From assembly GCA_053919585.1 (NCBI GenBank), contig CM132795.1: a stretch of DNA of 64,000 bases. One strand, 5' to 3'. The DNA is from Euprymna scolopes (taxonomy: Eukaryota). A program made the translations under genes and the position numbers. The first letter of the stretch is position 1, and every line of letters begins with the position of its first letter. The notes below the pieces were generated by a model. The model worked only from the letters and a program-made list of their open reading frames with translations. It was not told the DNA's origin and searched no databases. Below are positions 1-13,583 of this stretch, piece by piece.

Positions 1-1879
1 AAAAAAATCACAGCAAAGTGGGTTTGTATAGTCTTTTTTTTTTTTTTTTTGTAAAAATCCAACACTCCACACAGGATGGTCAAGTTAGATGTCCTCAGGT
101 ACGAAAAATTAAAACGAAAAAACAACGACAGATTTAAATGGGGACAATAAATATTCATGTGACAACCTATATATATATATATAAACACAAATGTAAACAA
201 TTTTCGAACCCCACTGTTATATTTAATACAAATTATAAATTAAATTAGCGTTATATATATATATATATATATATAGTACACATTTCTTTATTTATACAAA
301 TATTATTTGGCTATATATGTGCATATACTTTTATTTGCAATTTCTTTCAAACCCCAACCTTATCGGGCCGATATCTTCAAGTAATTAAATAATTTATAAT
401 GTTCTGCTTTTTATTGAGCATATTTTTATAAACACCGGAATTTGATTTCAGATGGAAAACTATAACAATGCAATAACTCAATGGTATCTGGGGGCGCGTT
501 TAGTTCAGTATGGGGGGGGGGGGAGATGCACCGCTACATAAACTTGCTTGGTGAGTAAGCGACAAGGCGTCACTCCACGTAATGGTGTACCAGCAACCTG
601 CTGGAAAATGCCTTCCTGAAGTTGCATGTCAAGTACATTTTTGCCACAGCGAATGTTAGCATCTGAAGTGTGTACGACATGAAGTTGCATCTCGTGGATA
701 ACCTAAAGGCACTTCGTAGCTGGGGCTGGCTCAATCCTAATGAGCAAAATGTATACTCGTACCCAAGTTCTGCCAACGACGATATATATATAAGGTGCGA
801 GTAATTTTGACTTCGACGTTGGTGTTTATACTATGCACTGATGAAGAGACTTGATATCAATGAAAATCCATATAGTCTCAGAAACGATCGTACACTAATC
901 TGTTGTTTATGCTGCATTCTTAGAACGTATATAAATGAATCTGTCGTAATTTCTTCTACCTCGGATTTATAATTATATATTTGGAATAATAGTATTATTA
1001 GCACAGTACCGCTGTCATTCGGATTACGAAAGACGGGATTGACTGTACTGTAACAATGGAAGCAGTTTCTGTGGTTGGCGCTTCTTTTGATGGTCTATAT
1101 AAATTGTGGCGTTTAAGTTTTGTATTGCATTGTTAAGTATATATTGTGTAGTGTATTTTTCATGTATAAATGTCATAGGTTTATAATAATTTATAAATAA
1201 TAGCATCAACAGGGGAATTTTTGTTTTTTTGTTTTTTGGAAAATGATAAAAGATATCGAACTTGAATTCACTGCAAAAGTGAATGCTTCAAATAAAATAA
1301 TATTTTAGCTTCAAGAAAAGATCTTTGTAGTTCAAGATGTTAGGGGCCCCCTCTTCCTCGTTCTTTTAACACATACATAAAGAAAACCAAAGACGTGAGG
1401 ACAATTTTAAATGGGGGGGGGAAAAAATCAAAAATAAGGGGGAGAAGGTTAAATAAAATAACACTCTGGAAATGTTTGGCACACGGGATGTTTTCAGTTG
1501 TTTGTGGTTTCGAGATTTCAATTTTTAGTCGAGAAGCATACATAAGGTGGGTATTATAAAAATGAAGTTAACACCTTAAAAGGAATATTTGAAGAAATAT
1601 TTTCAAATGTTCTAAAGAAAATTTTTATAAAAAAATCCGTCAAAGTGGTAATTGCAGATACAATAGCTAAAGTATATTCATATGAAATTATACAATTAGT
1701 TGACCAAAACAGAAACCATTGATTTCCTTCGGTGAGTAGAGGACTCCTGCAATTTCCAATCCATCATGGCGTACATTTTATCTCGTATTTTTATTTCATT
1801 TAAATTAATTTGATGAATTAATTTAAATCCTTTTACAGAAAATCATAAGTATTATTTAAATTCGAATATAGAATGGAGT

Positions 1880-2100
1880 GGACCTCCGTTCAGTCTCAAG
1901 AGGCCATGGGTACCTTCCATAAGAGTAGCTGCATGTGAAATTGTGAAGCAAGGGTTGAGCAATCGCCAACATCTTCCTAAGACAGCATTGTTTGATGCCA
2001 GTTGCAAGATGTCCAGGACGACTGGAAACAATGCCAAGAAAAGTGAAGAGCACATACAGCACCTGGTATTCCCAAATAATCACTTATTTTAGTACCGACC
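1880..2100 (-). mobile_element. 5S rRNA-headed SINE-like element (body type 1), 5'-truncated head
   Basis: ACATACAGCACCTGGTATTCCC is the reverse complement of the 5S 3' half; shares CGTTCAGTCTC, GCAAGGGTT and GAAACAATG blocks with 41325-41488. Confidence 0.75.
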
Positions 2101-2335
2101 AAAAAAAAAAAGAACGAAATTTTAATATTATTTATTGATTTTAGACTATTTATTTTTTTTGTTTCTTTAATTCTTTGTGTATTTTAATTGTTTTCTTTGT
2201 GGTTTTGGTAAAAAATAATTTCCAACGAATAGTCCTGAACTTCCAGAGATAATGGCTTCTTGATCCTTTTCCATTAATATAAAAGTTTATTGTACGCAGA
2301 AAAAAGGATCATTTTTACACCCAGTATTTCAGAAT

Positions 2336-2606
2336 TGGTTGGTTGTTTTTGTTTTACGGCATATCAACCATTTTCGGGTTATTTAATGCCGAATCCAAAG
2401 ATTTTGAAGAAAATGTTTTTAATAGAATATATTTGTTGTTTTCAAGGCGGTTTCTATTTAATGCATAGTTGGGAGCCTAACAGGTACTACCACTCCGGGT
2501 CAGAGTGGACCTGGGAGCAATGGTAATTAAAGGGTGGCTCCACACTCACCAAAGCCCACAAGCTGGGGCCTCACCACTAGATATCGTTTAAGGTCATATC
2601 CAGGAC
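2336..2606 (+). mobile_element. ~270-bp interspersed repeat, copy 1
   Basis: Closely similar to 27967-28257, including TACTACCACTCCGGGTCAGAGTGGACCTGGGAGCAATGG. Confidence 0.85.
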
Positions 2607-3606
2607 CAGGATTTCAGAAAGCTTCATTTTTACACACGATGTATATTTTCATTTATTGGCGACGTATTAATTCAAATCTTTGTTTAGAAGCAATTTGTTC
2701 ACATTTAACTGGATGTCCCTTTAATTATTAAATTCCCTTTTTTATTCATTAATCCTCATATTCCATGAGCGATGTTTTTGACAAAGAGGGAAAATTGTTG
2801 TTTTTGGGTCAGAATTCATTCTAACACTTATCGTTGGCAAGTTTTTGACGTTAAATTATTATTTTTTTTAGCTCCTTACATCAATTGATTTCATGCCTTG
2901 TCTGGAGCGATTACTAGAAAACAAATTCATCATAATCAGATGTATCAACAAGGTTATTCGAAAACAAAAAGAGAATAATGTAGTTTGGAAATGTTTCACA
3001 GCTTCCAAACTCCAGTTATGTAAGAAAAAAAGTATGCCATTGAAGAAAGATGAAGAGAGCAACCACCAAAGAGACAGGCCAACCAGATAAGTATTAAAAC
3101 TGGCATGCTGCGTCTGACATCTGGAAAACTGGCTGTAGACCGTGATAAGTAGTAGAATTGTTTGTAAGCATACAAAGAAGCTCTCTTGGATATGTTCATA
3201 AGTTAAGTATGTCAAATAAAGGGAAGCTAAATAGAGTTAAATTATTTTAATCATTAATTAAATTTTTAAAAATAATTAAATTTTGAACCATAAGATTTAT
3301 TTAAAATTTTTTGTAATTTTGATTAGTCTGTGAGTATCACTGAAGATATGTTGAATCGCAGCTTTAATTCGAAACTATTTTTTAAAAATTATAATTCAAA
3401 AAGTGTTTGTCTAAAACTCGCTACATAAACGCTAATATTTTAACGATTCATTATATGATCTGCTTTTGGTGCATGGAGAATTTTAGAGAATGATAGAGAG
3501 AAAAATTTAAAAAATAAACATATGAAAGCAACTGTATTATGGTGTCATGCAAGAGCCTCAATAAAGCTGGTTGACGCCATCTAACACCATGCAGGTGTGG
3601 AGTTAC

Positions 3607-3682
3607 CTCTTGCTCACTGATCTCCAGTGATTTCATATTGTTGCCCACAACCTTCAACTCTTCTTCCAATTCTACGATCTTC
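3607..3682 (-). CDS. TPM: Tropomyosin alternative exon 188-213, variant C, canonical muscle type (76 nt)
   Basis: gtattacag|G AAG...GAG|gtaact; (A)[25 protein letters not shown]. Confidence 0.97.
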
Positions 3683-3744
3683 CTGTAATACAGAATACAC
3701 AATTAGCAAGATTTCAGGCATCCCTCAAGCATTGGCTGTCTTAC

Positions 3745-3820
3745 CTGTTCACATTGGACTTCTATTGTTTTGCAAGTGTTACCAACTACATGAAGCTGTT
3801 CTTCAATGTCAAGCCTTTTA
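3745..3820 (-). CDS. TPM: Tropomyosin alternative exon 188-213, variant B (76 nt)
   Basis: ccattacag|T AAA...CAG|gtaaga; (A)KRLDIEEQLHVVGNTCKTIEVQCEQ; absent from the ORF track. Confidence 0.88.
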
Positions 3821-5193
3821 CTGTAATGGCATAGAAAACAGGGTCATTATTGTTTCTTTTGGAGGGGGTGGGTAGCAAAGGGCAGGACAATGCCGGGGCC
3901 TAGCAGTCCAGGCTAACCCTAACCCTAAACCAATATTATGCCAAAACAGCTTTATAGGCAGCCAGATCAGAGCCAGCAACAAAATAGGTGGGAGTCAGGG
4001 TTGAGCAAAGTTTAACAATAAAAAAAAGGCCAATGGAGGTTTGTTTGTTTTTTTTATCTTGCAGAGGTATAGAGAGAAAAATGTACAAAACGTTGACAAA
4101 TAAAAATAAAAACAAATGAATGGAGCCACGAACCAAACTTGAAAGGTTTTAGTAACTTCACAAATATTGTTCACATGTGATAAAAATTTGGTAAATATGA
4201 TTTTATTTTTTGGTTTTTAATCTTAAGTATCCTTGCATACAGCAAAGGGGACAGGATGTAAACGAGAGTGTACAGTTTTTGTCTATTTTATGACAAATAT
4301 AATATTTTGGGGGTATTCAGTACCGAAACAATACATAGTGTAAACGATTGATTGAAGACAAAGTGCTAAATGAAAAGGAAAGAGAACAAAAAGCAAAAGG
4401 GGCGAGTATAAAGTATTTAGAAAAGGAGGAGAACTATGATGAGACCAAAAATAGATAAGAGGACGCTATTGTGGTACTCCAGAACTGGTATAAAAAAAAA
4501 AAAAATAAAAAAAAAACAGGCTCACTCAAGTATGGAGGCCTCTGTAATAAATGAGAATTTGATGGCTCATATGTAAACTGGAGCAGTGGAGGAAATTGAT
4601 AAATATAGGCATTTTGAGAAGATGCTGTGGGTTGGAGGAACTGAGGAAAAAGGTCAAGGTAAGAGAGAGTATTGGCGTTTTGGCTAGGAATAAAGTGTAG
4701 TATCGTTTTTGATAAACACACTACTCCAAACTCAGGCATAGGAGAAATCCTTCTAAATTGAGAAAATTTGATGTTTGGTTCTTGTGGATTTTCTTTACAT
4801 TAGAAACCAACATTGTGTCTAGCTTTGCTCTCACAGGAAGGCAAGTAATTAGATAATCGAGTCTAAAAATATTAGTATAAAAAGCTGAAGATAAGGGGGT
4901 TTAAAGGGGAGACAAGGACGATTAAAAAAGAGATGCTCGATTTGATTTTTTCCATGAAAGTGTTTTTTCATTGACATCAAAAGAAAAAAATCGAAGAACT
5001 TGGTTCATTCAAAGAAATGGTAAGATAAAAAAAATAATGTGAAGTTTCCTTTTTCTTCAAGTTTTGGTTAGCGATTCATCCAAGTCCTACATGAAAAAAA
5101 AATGATACGTAAAATTGACAGGGCTAAACATAAACATCGACAACACGAAGACAAAAAGTAGTTTCGCTCTCTGGCTAAACACTACAAGCTTAC

Positions 5194-5269
5194 CTTAGAT
5201 TCACTAATCTGTAGTGTTTTAAGGTTTCTACTGATTTGGTTAACTTCTTCTTCCAGATCTTTAGATCGC
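5194..5269 (-). CDS. TPM: Tropomyosin alternative exon 188-213, variant A (76 nt)
   Basis: ttttatag|G CGA...AAG|gtaagc; (A)RSKDLEEEVNQISRNLKTLQISESK; absent from the ORF track. Confidence 0.88.
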
Positions 5270-6462
5270 CTATAAAATCCAACAGCACACATGCTCATCA
5301 AAAAATCACATGCAAGGGACGGGGGAAAACTGTCAATACCCAAAACCAATTTTTAAAAAAAAAAGCAAAGGGCCTTGCCAGTTTAAAAAAAAAATGCCAA
5401 CTGACACGGACTACAAAATGGTTCTTTCTTAAAGTGGAACTCCTGTTTCCTATAATAAATGCAAGGGGATAGAATTCCAAATACTCCAAAGCAATCTAAA
5501 CAATATTGTTAGGATTCCTTAGTATTAGACACTTTTCACATAGATAAATATATCTACTTGTTATATATATATCTTGCCCTACACCGGTATTGAGCACTCT
5601 TATATTATACTCGTTAAAATTTCATTGGCTATTTTACCTCTTGAAAATAGCCTGGAATTATATATATATATACATAGGTGTCTGTATCTTGGAAATTTTC
5701 TAACCTTTTAAACTACAGGTAAAAAATACTTTTACTCCTTCATTGGAACACTCCTCTGCTTATAAGTCAATTAATCCATTGTAATCGTTGTATCAGCTTT
5801 TGCTTCCCAAAATTTCCGTTGGTATTAATTTAGAGATAATCATTCATTTATCATGAAAAACTGTTTCGGGATTTAAAAACAAAATATTGTTTTATATCAT
5901 GGGTCTCCAGCAATGTTGATCGAACACAACAGTCCTTAAAAAAACAAAGCTAGAACCGAATATATATATATATGCATACTGGGTACTAATATACAGGGAA
6001 AATTCGATTACCCATTGATATTTGGCGATTTCATATGTGGAAATATTTTATATTTATTCAGCAAACATATTTTCACTGATTGACTGATGAAACTGTAAAG
6101 TACATCCTAGTCCAACAAAATGTGTTTCTCAGACACACACACACTGAAACGGTCGATATCAATTGTTAATCGAATAATAATAAATATACTGTGCTCTAAG
6201 TATCGTAATTAAGACCTTTGTGTCTATTTTTCTTACGTGTACGTGTACATTCTGAATTAAATCATGTAGAATTACAACAAAATATTGTTTGACAAAGGAG
6301 GTCAAATAATTTTTAAAGTTTTTTTCCTTAATGGATTTTCAATCTCATGGGGGGGGGAATGTTATTAGCAAAATGGATATAATGGTAATTATAAATATTG
6401 ATACTAATACTTATTTAGACTTTAGGTTTACAGTATCATACAATCTAACCCTACGGCATTTC

Positions 6463-6708
6463 ATTTAATCTCGCTCCCTCTCCCCCACCCTATATATATA
6501 GTAATTTATAAAATATATATGGCGATTAAGCTAAACTGAATATTCCGCGTTTCATCCACTCTAGGATTCCTCAGGCTTATGCGCATAAGCCTGAAGAGTC
6601 CTAGAGATGATGAAACGCGGAATATTCAGTGTAGCTTAATCGCCATATATATTTTATAAGTTACTATATATATATATATAGGGTGGGGGAGAGAAAGCGA
6701 GATCAAAT
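6463..6708. repeat. ~245-bp loop-less palindrome carrying two opposed hammerhead-like cores
   Basis: Arms of ~120 bp centred on TTATGC|GCATAA (6582/6583); each arm has CTGANGA...GAAACGCGG; a single-arm relative lies at ~39290-39350. Confidence 0.9.
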
Positions 6709-8667
6709 TGTTAAGTCTAAAAAATCTAAAAGCATTCGATCATTTCAAACGTTTAATCAATATGTTTCACATGTTTTATTTTTTTATTATTTAACTTATA
6801 TTTGTGTCAGTTGGCAAAAATTAGTAAAATAAAACAAAAACAATCTCCACGTGTCACAACCTTTTTAAAATGTTAGTAACTTAGGGGTGTACGAGTTGAT
6901 TTATAATTGTTCAACCAAAGATTGTGGAGATTAAGGTACATCAATCCTTTTGGAGTTCTTTGATTCCGTGACAATATTATGTATTGCATTAATTTGTTGA
7001 GGCTGCCAGAAATTTACATATTTATGCCATACGATTAATGACATATCTCTATGGTCTTGAAATCGAAGCTTTTTTTCACTCTCAGTGTAGCAGTGTGCTT
7101 TCGAGTATCTGGCTTTATATATATATATATATATAATGCATATAGCTCTTAGTAAAAAGAATGGAGGGCTTTGGCAGTAGTTTTAAAATTTAAACTGTTT
7201 TGTGGCGACGTAAAATCTTAGTGTAATAGGTCTTAGATGTGGTGTAAATAGCCGGTTTCAACTCTTAACTTAAAACATTGAAGCGTCATGATATTGAGAA
7301 ACAACTGTGGATGATTAATGCGCGCGCGCGTGTGTGTGCGTGTGCGTGTGCGTGTGCGTGTGTGTGTGTGTGTGTGCGCGCGCGCGCAATTCGGCAGCAT
7401 ATTTTGTTAAATAGGAGAGATTTATGTATATTGGATTTATTGGTATTTTTTTTTTGGTAAATTTCTGACGAATATGTCTGATTGCAAACTCAACAGAAAT
7501 CATTTTACAGACGTGTAATTGTTTTTTTTTTTTAGGGATTATGAGAATAAGATTTATTAAAAAAAACAAAAAAAACAAGCAAATTAGTTAATCTGGTTAA
7601 AACATATCCGAATTATTGTCACTTCTTCAAAAAAGTCAAAAACCATAAAAACTATGATTTCCAAAGTTCGAAACCAAAGAGATTTTTTTTTCAGGCAATT
7701 TCTGTTGAGTTTACATACGTAAAAACTCTATTGTACACGTAACACGGATATTATATATGAAAACTGGTCAGACTTTTCAGTCTAACATGGAACTAGAGGC
7801 AGGAAAGACACGTGGAGAGCAATTTCAATCAGTTAAAATATCACACAAAGAGACTGGATGGTAATTACACATTTAGTAGATCGTAAAATTTGACCATTTT
7901 TTTTGTACGAATATTTTTCCATAAATTTTTACCCTCTTTACGTTTTCCTTTTTGAATAGTTTCTGTGTAAAGAGTTACTTCTGTTTTGGTGAAAAAACTT
8001 TTTCAAATTATAAAAAAAACTTTTTTCTTAAAAATTAAATTAATATATATTTGTAAGATGTTCTTTGTAATTTTTTTTTTTGCTAATAACTTTACTATTT
8101 GCCCGTACTCAATCGTAAGGATATATTCAATTATCATGTTAAAGAAAGATTGGCTCAGGAATAAGACTTATTGATTAATTATAATTCGCCTTGGCTTAGA
8201 ATATTTTCAAACAACAACAAAAAAACCATCCAGTCTCTATTAAAACAGATTAGTGAGAAACCAACAGCACAAACCACAATGGATGTGCGTTATTTGATAG
8301 TCACAAAAAGGCAAAGCATTTTTTGTTTTCAAGAAAAAAAATTCATCAAAGCAAGTAAAACCAGTTGTAACAAATTATTGCTTTGTGAAGCCCCATGGCC
8401 GTAGCAGGAGATGCATTTTCTACAACCAGCTAATAACACACACAAAAAATAAATCACCAAACGATCTCACACAATGCAAGTAAAAACAAATTTCTATTTA
8501 ATTAACATTTTCATTTGTTTTGCTACACTTAATATAGTGCAGTTAGGCAAAAAATAATTAATAGAAAAGAAAAAAAGGAGCATTATTTAGAAAGATGTTT
8601 ATTGTTTTAATAATAATTTTGTTTTTAATTTTTGGATATTAGAATCCTTGGTGATAAGTAGGGATCT

Positions 8668-8763
8668 GACAACAGCATATTCTCTTCATTCGTTTTGACT
8701 CTCGAGTATATATCTGATGCAGTTAGACACAGTTAATCAACCGAGAACCACCAAATATATATA

Positions 8764-8829
<66 letters not shown>

Positions 8830-8890
8830 CATAAGATATAAACGGATATATGCTTAAGAGTCAAACAACGAAAAGAATATGCTGCTGCCA
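8668..8890. repeat. Inverted repeat enclosing a (TA)n tract
   Basis: CAGCATATTCT..CGTT..TTGACTCT (8673-8701) vs AGAGTCAAAC..ACGAA..AGAATATGCTG (8857-8884). Confidence 0.7.
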
Positions 8891-9974
8891 CAGCTCTAGT
8901 AATAAGATATCATAAATATAATGAAAGAAATGCTAATTTATTTTTAAAACGTAGCTCCATTATATAAAGATAGGTTTTGCATGTGTGAGAACCAACAAAA
9001 TTGAAAGATAAGAAAATTGTGTGCAAATGAACTGACATATGAATGAACACTTGATAACTTTTTTTTTAATGTCACCATAAAAACATAACATTAACCTAAA
9101 TTGTGAAGCTATACCAGAAAAAAAATTATTTACTCTTTAGAATTTTTTCTGAAAATTTAAAATCTATACATATTATGCAGATTGGCTCTAATGTTTTCTA
9201 AAGAAAAAAATGGGAAGATCTTGAATCATTATCATAATGGAAATGAATTTGTTATGGATTAAAATAAAAACGTCTCCGCTTGGTTTTAGAACTACAATTT
9301 TAACAAGAAAGCACACATTAGAATATATTATGTTTTCTTTTATACTGGTTTTATTTCAATGCTTCCGCCATCTTTTATATTTAATATTTTGAAGTAAAGA
9401 AATAATTTATAAGTAAAACCTGTAATTTATAAAGAGATTTCATTTTTTGTTTCCATTAAATAACGATATTTACTATTATTATTATCAACATATCATTAAT
9501 TTATTTATAACACATTAATTGCTACGCATAAAATCATTAGCAATTCAAGTGTTATAAATAATTAAATAATAAATATGCCTTTCATGTTTATGTTTTCTTT
9601 TAATTCAAATCACAGACGAGGTTGGAAATACATAACTGTCAATTGCTATATGTTTTAGGAAAAGTTAATAAACGTTTGTGGGAAATATGAAAGCCGCCAT
9701 AGGTGGGTACATTACTCTAGAAAGCGTAAGAATCTTTTGCTTTTAACCATTTAAAAACGATTTTTTTTCTAATTTAAAAACTGGTATTAAAACAAATCTA
9801 GAATATTTTTAAAGATGCAGATTCTTGAGTCTTAAGTCGGAACTCGTTTTATTTCTGCCTAAACTTGAAACCATCTAGAGACCAACCTTTTCACAATTGG
9901 TTAAAATCAATAGATCGATACGTGATTAAGTTATTAAAAGCAAAATATATGTGCAAGTGAAAGAGAAGGTTTAT

Positions 9975-10620
9975 CTCGAGCTTTGGATCTGTGCAGAGAA
10001 AGAGACGAAGAGGTTTTTGTAAGCCTTAAATTGGTGTAAACAAAGAGTATTTGCAAACTTTGGATCCATGCAAAGAATGGGCATGGTTCTTTGCAAGCTT
10101 TGGATCCTGCAGTGAAATAGACGAAGAGTATTTTTTTCACGCCTTGGATCCGTGTAATGAAAGTAAGAATAGGGTTCTTCAGGAGCTTTGGATTCGTGCA
10201 AAGAAACAAGACATAGTTATTTGCAAGCCTTGGATCTGTGCAATGAAAGAGAGGAAGGGTTTTTTTTTACAAGGTTTGGATCAGTATAAAGAAAGATAGG
10301 ATATGGTTCTTTACAAGCCTTGGATCCGTGCAGAGAAAGAGAATGGAGTTATTCACGAGACTTAGATTCGTGTAATGAATGACTGATACAGCTTTTTGCA
10401 TGGCCCGTATCAGTGCAATGAAAGATAGGAGTTTACGAAACTTAGATGCAATAAAAGAAAGGGATTATTTGTGAACTTTAGATCCATGCTAAAAAAGAAA
10501 ACGGTTCCTTCGGAACCTCATACTGCGCAAAGAAAGAAAGAATGGGGGTTTTCGCAAGCTCTGTATCAGTTCAATGAAATGTAGACTTATTGGATCCATG
10601 CTAGGAAAGAGACGGAAAAA
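9975..10620. repeat. Highly degenerate ~40-44-bp minisatellite
   Basis: Recurrent GCAAGCCTTGGATCCGTGCAA..AAAGA blocks at ~43-bp spacing. Confidence 0.8.
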
Positions 10621-12570
10621 TGGCAGAAAATCCTTAGCCAGAAGTGTCTGCGATAAGAAAGAGTTAATTTATGACAAGAACCGAATCCATTTAAAGAGAG
10701 GGCGTTTACATGTATAGATGGATCCATATATAACGGATTAAAAGGGCTTATTGCAAGCATTAAATTTGGGCAAGATTCGAAGTTTCATCATTGGCACTGT
10801 TTATAGAATTCACTTGACATAAGCAGTACCAATATCACTGTATCCGCGCAAGAGAAGAGAGAGAAGTGGCATAACGAGTGTTGTTTTAGTACAAGTCAAG
10901 GATATCAAGAAATAAATTGGTCTACGAAAATATGGCCAAAGAATTAAAGGTTATTTTTATGGAAAATAATTTCTTGTGCTTTTATTATTATTTCGATTTT
11001 AGTAAATTTTTAAGATTAAGCACTTTTTATTACCATTATGCCATACGAACATTCTTCAAGACCTTTCCAATTTGTTCAAAGTAAACGGTTACTTTTGGAA
11101 GAACATGCATTCCTGAGAGCCTAAGTGATCAAAGATCGTTATAATACAGCACACAATTTTCACAGATTGAACAAAGAAGAAACACTGACAATTCGATTAA
11201 ACCTTTAAGAGTTTCTATTCAAGTTTTTATATTTATTTTAATTTGTTAAGTCCCCTTCAAGAACAAAACAATCTTATGTTTTATTTACACAATCAGATAT
11301 TTAAAAAAATAATGTCAAGACGTGTAGACTACATTAAATACAGCCCCAAATATTTATAAGGATTTATAGCTAAAATAATTTTTGAATTGCACCCCAATAC
11401 TTCTTATATGGTTTAATTAAACCGACAATTATTAATAATATCGGAGAGTAAAAAATTGACAAAAAATAATATCTATTAATTATTTTTTTGAATAACAGTA
11501 AACAGTATTTCCCTTTGGTTTTAACAACGTTCCAGTCGTTATGGTCAAGTAGGTATAAATCACACAAGTGCTGAGAATTTTGTAAAACATCGGGCAAAGA
11601 TCATAGTGTAGTATTTGTTCTGATGTTACACTTCACCTTTTCTCTCCTCGGTCAGTGGAGGGGAAATCCTTCATGACTGAGAATTTTTATTTTTGTTCCT
11701 TTTCAGAGTGCCCCTTTTTGGAGAGCTGGATTTTCCCCACATTAATAACCGATATTGTGTCTATCTCTGCCCTCGTGGGGAGGAAAGCAAATAGGAACAA
11801 TATTAGCCACACTTTATCAAGGAGAGTAAAATGTGAACTTTAAATTTATTTTCGGCAACATTGTAACTCCTATTTCTCTTATTTTGTCATTTAGTCCTCA
11901 TATTCCATGAGCGAAGTTTCTGACAAAGGGATAATTGCCGTTTTCTTTATTCACAAGCTATCCCTTTAATATGTATTGTTGATTAGTTTTTGAGCTTGAA
12001 TTAGTATTTTTCTTATCTCCTTACATCAAATGGTTTCATGCCTTGTCTGGGGCGATTTTGTAAAATTTTTTTTTTTCTAAAATTGTTCTTAGTTTGATAC
12101 ATAATGTTTATTTTTAAAAAGTGGTAGCTAAGTTTAAAAGTCAGTGTTTCTTCCAAAAGATGATGACAAAAGAGAAGTTGAAGTTTTTGTATTGAAGACA
12201 TAAGACATGCGATCAAACGGCATGCGTGCGGAGCCATCCTGAGTGCACGAATCATTCGGAAGAATTGGTTAAACTATATTTTGGCTTTTCGAAATTAAAC
12301 AGAGTAGCAGAACTAGGAACTATAGTAAATACTTATCATTCTATTTAAAAATATATAAGACTAATATAAAAGGATAGTGTGTATGTATATTAAAAATAAA
12401 ATTAAAGTGAATTAAAAAAATATCTTAACGAACGGAAGCAGACGGAATTAATAAAAGCAAAGACATGTTTTTACAATACAATTGATGAAATGAAAACAAT
12501 AAAATGAAAACCTTTCATGTCTTAGAACAAAGTCAAATACTTACCTTTCTTCCACTAGTAGATATATGCC

Positions 12571-12606
<36 letters not shown>

Positions 12607-12608
<2 letters not shown>

Positions 12609-13015
12609 GGACCCTCCCATCGATTTAGACATATGAAGTTCCACCACAACAATTAAGTTGCTCGGAAATCCACACAGATGATTTGTTTATAATGGTGAAG
12701 GCTTTGTGTAGAACCAACCATACTTTTTGGCATTACTGCTAAACTTCGTCGGTGCAGATGACTGCCACAGGACAAAGTATACAGTATGCTGCAGATTTTT
12801 ACATCCTTCCCTTATATGCATGTCTTAACGAAGACTGGGGGTGCATCTCTCCCAGTGAACTAATGTGCCCCCAGATACCAACCTTGAAATTTCTACGACT
12901 CGGCGCAATACATATCGTGCCTAACATTCCCAAATGGTCACCCATCTCATACTGGCCAGGCTCCACGTTGCTTAACTTTGGTGACCTGGCGAGAACCGGT
13001 GTGTCAACATGATTG

Positions 13016-13019
<4 letters not shown>
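12607..13019 (-). mobile_element. 5S-like head joined to a ~300-nt interspersed repeat (body type 2)
   Basis: 12908-13019 is 5S-like, with AAGTTAAGC and AGATGGGTGACC on the minus strand; 12607-12905 is the reverse complement of 50861-51220. Confidence 0.75.
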
Positions 13020-13080
<61 letters not shown>

Positions 13081-13082
13081 TC

Positions 13083-13200
13083 AACAGAATGTTTCGTCGT
13101 ATCACAGCTCTTCAGTGCGGCTAGATTAGAACCCATCTCGAATCAGAGTTCGAATCTACAACCATCGTTGATAGGCGGTTGTTCGACCGTCTGACCCATA
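13083..13200 (-). mobile_element. Second, more degenerate copy of the tRNA-head plus hammerhead element
   Basis: Minus strand reads TCTAGCCGCA-CTGAAGA-GCTGTGATACGAC-GAAA-CATTCTG-TT, preceded by weak A/B-box-like motifs (TGGGTCAGACGG, AGATTCGAACTC). Confidence 0.65.
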
Positions 13201-13493
13201 AGATCGAGGCTCGCAAGCGACCTCCTCAAACATTTAGGCTTAAAGAGTCGTAAGAAACTGAAATTCAGTGTTATTTTCTTAATTGCTGTCCACTGATTGT
13301 GTTCAAATTTAATGCAAATCTTGACTATTTGAAGTTTTAAATCGCAAAATGCGTCCACATTTTGCCCTTTCTCCTCAATGTACTTTAAAGGAGGCTGATA
13401 GAAACCAACATTTTGTGAATATTTATTGACAAACACCGGAGTTTCAGTTGATTTACATCTAGGAAACTAACGCGATCCGCGATACAACCAGTA

Positions 13494-13583
<90 letters not shown>

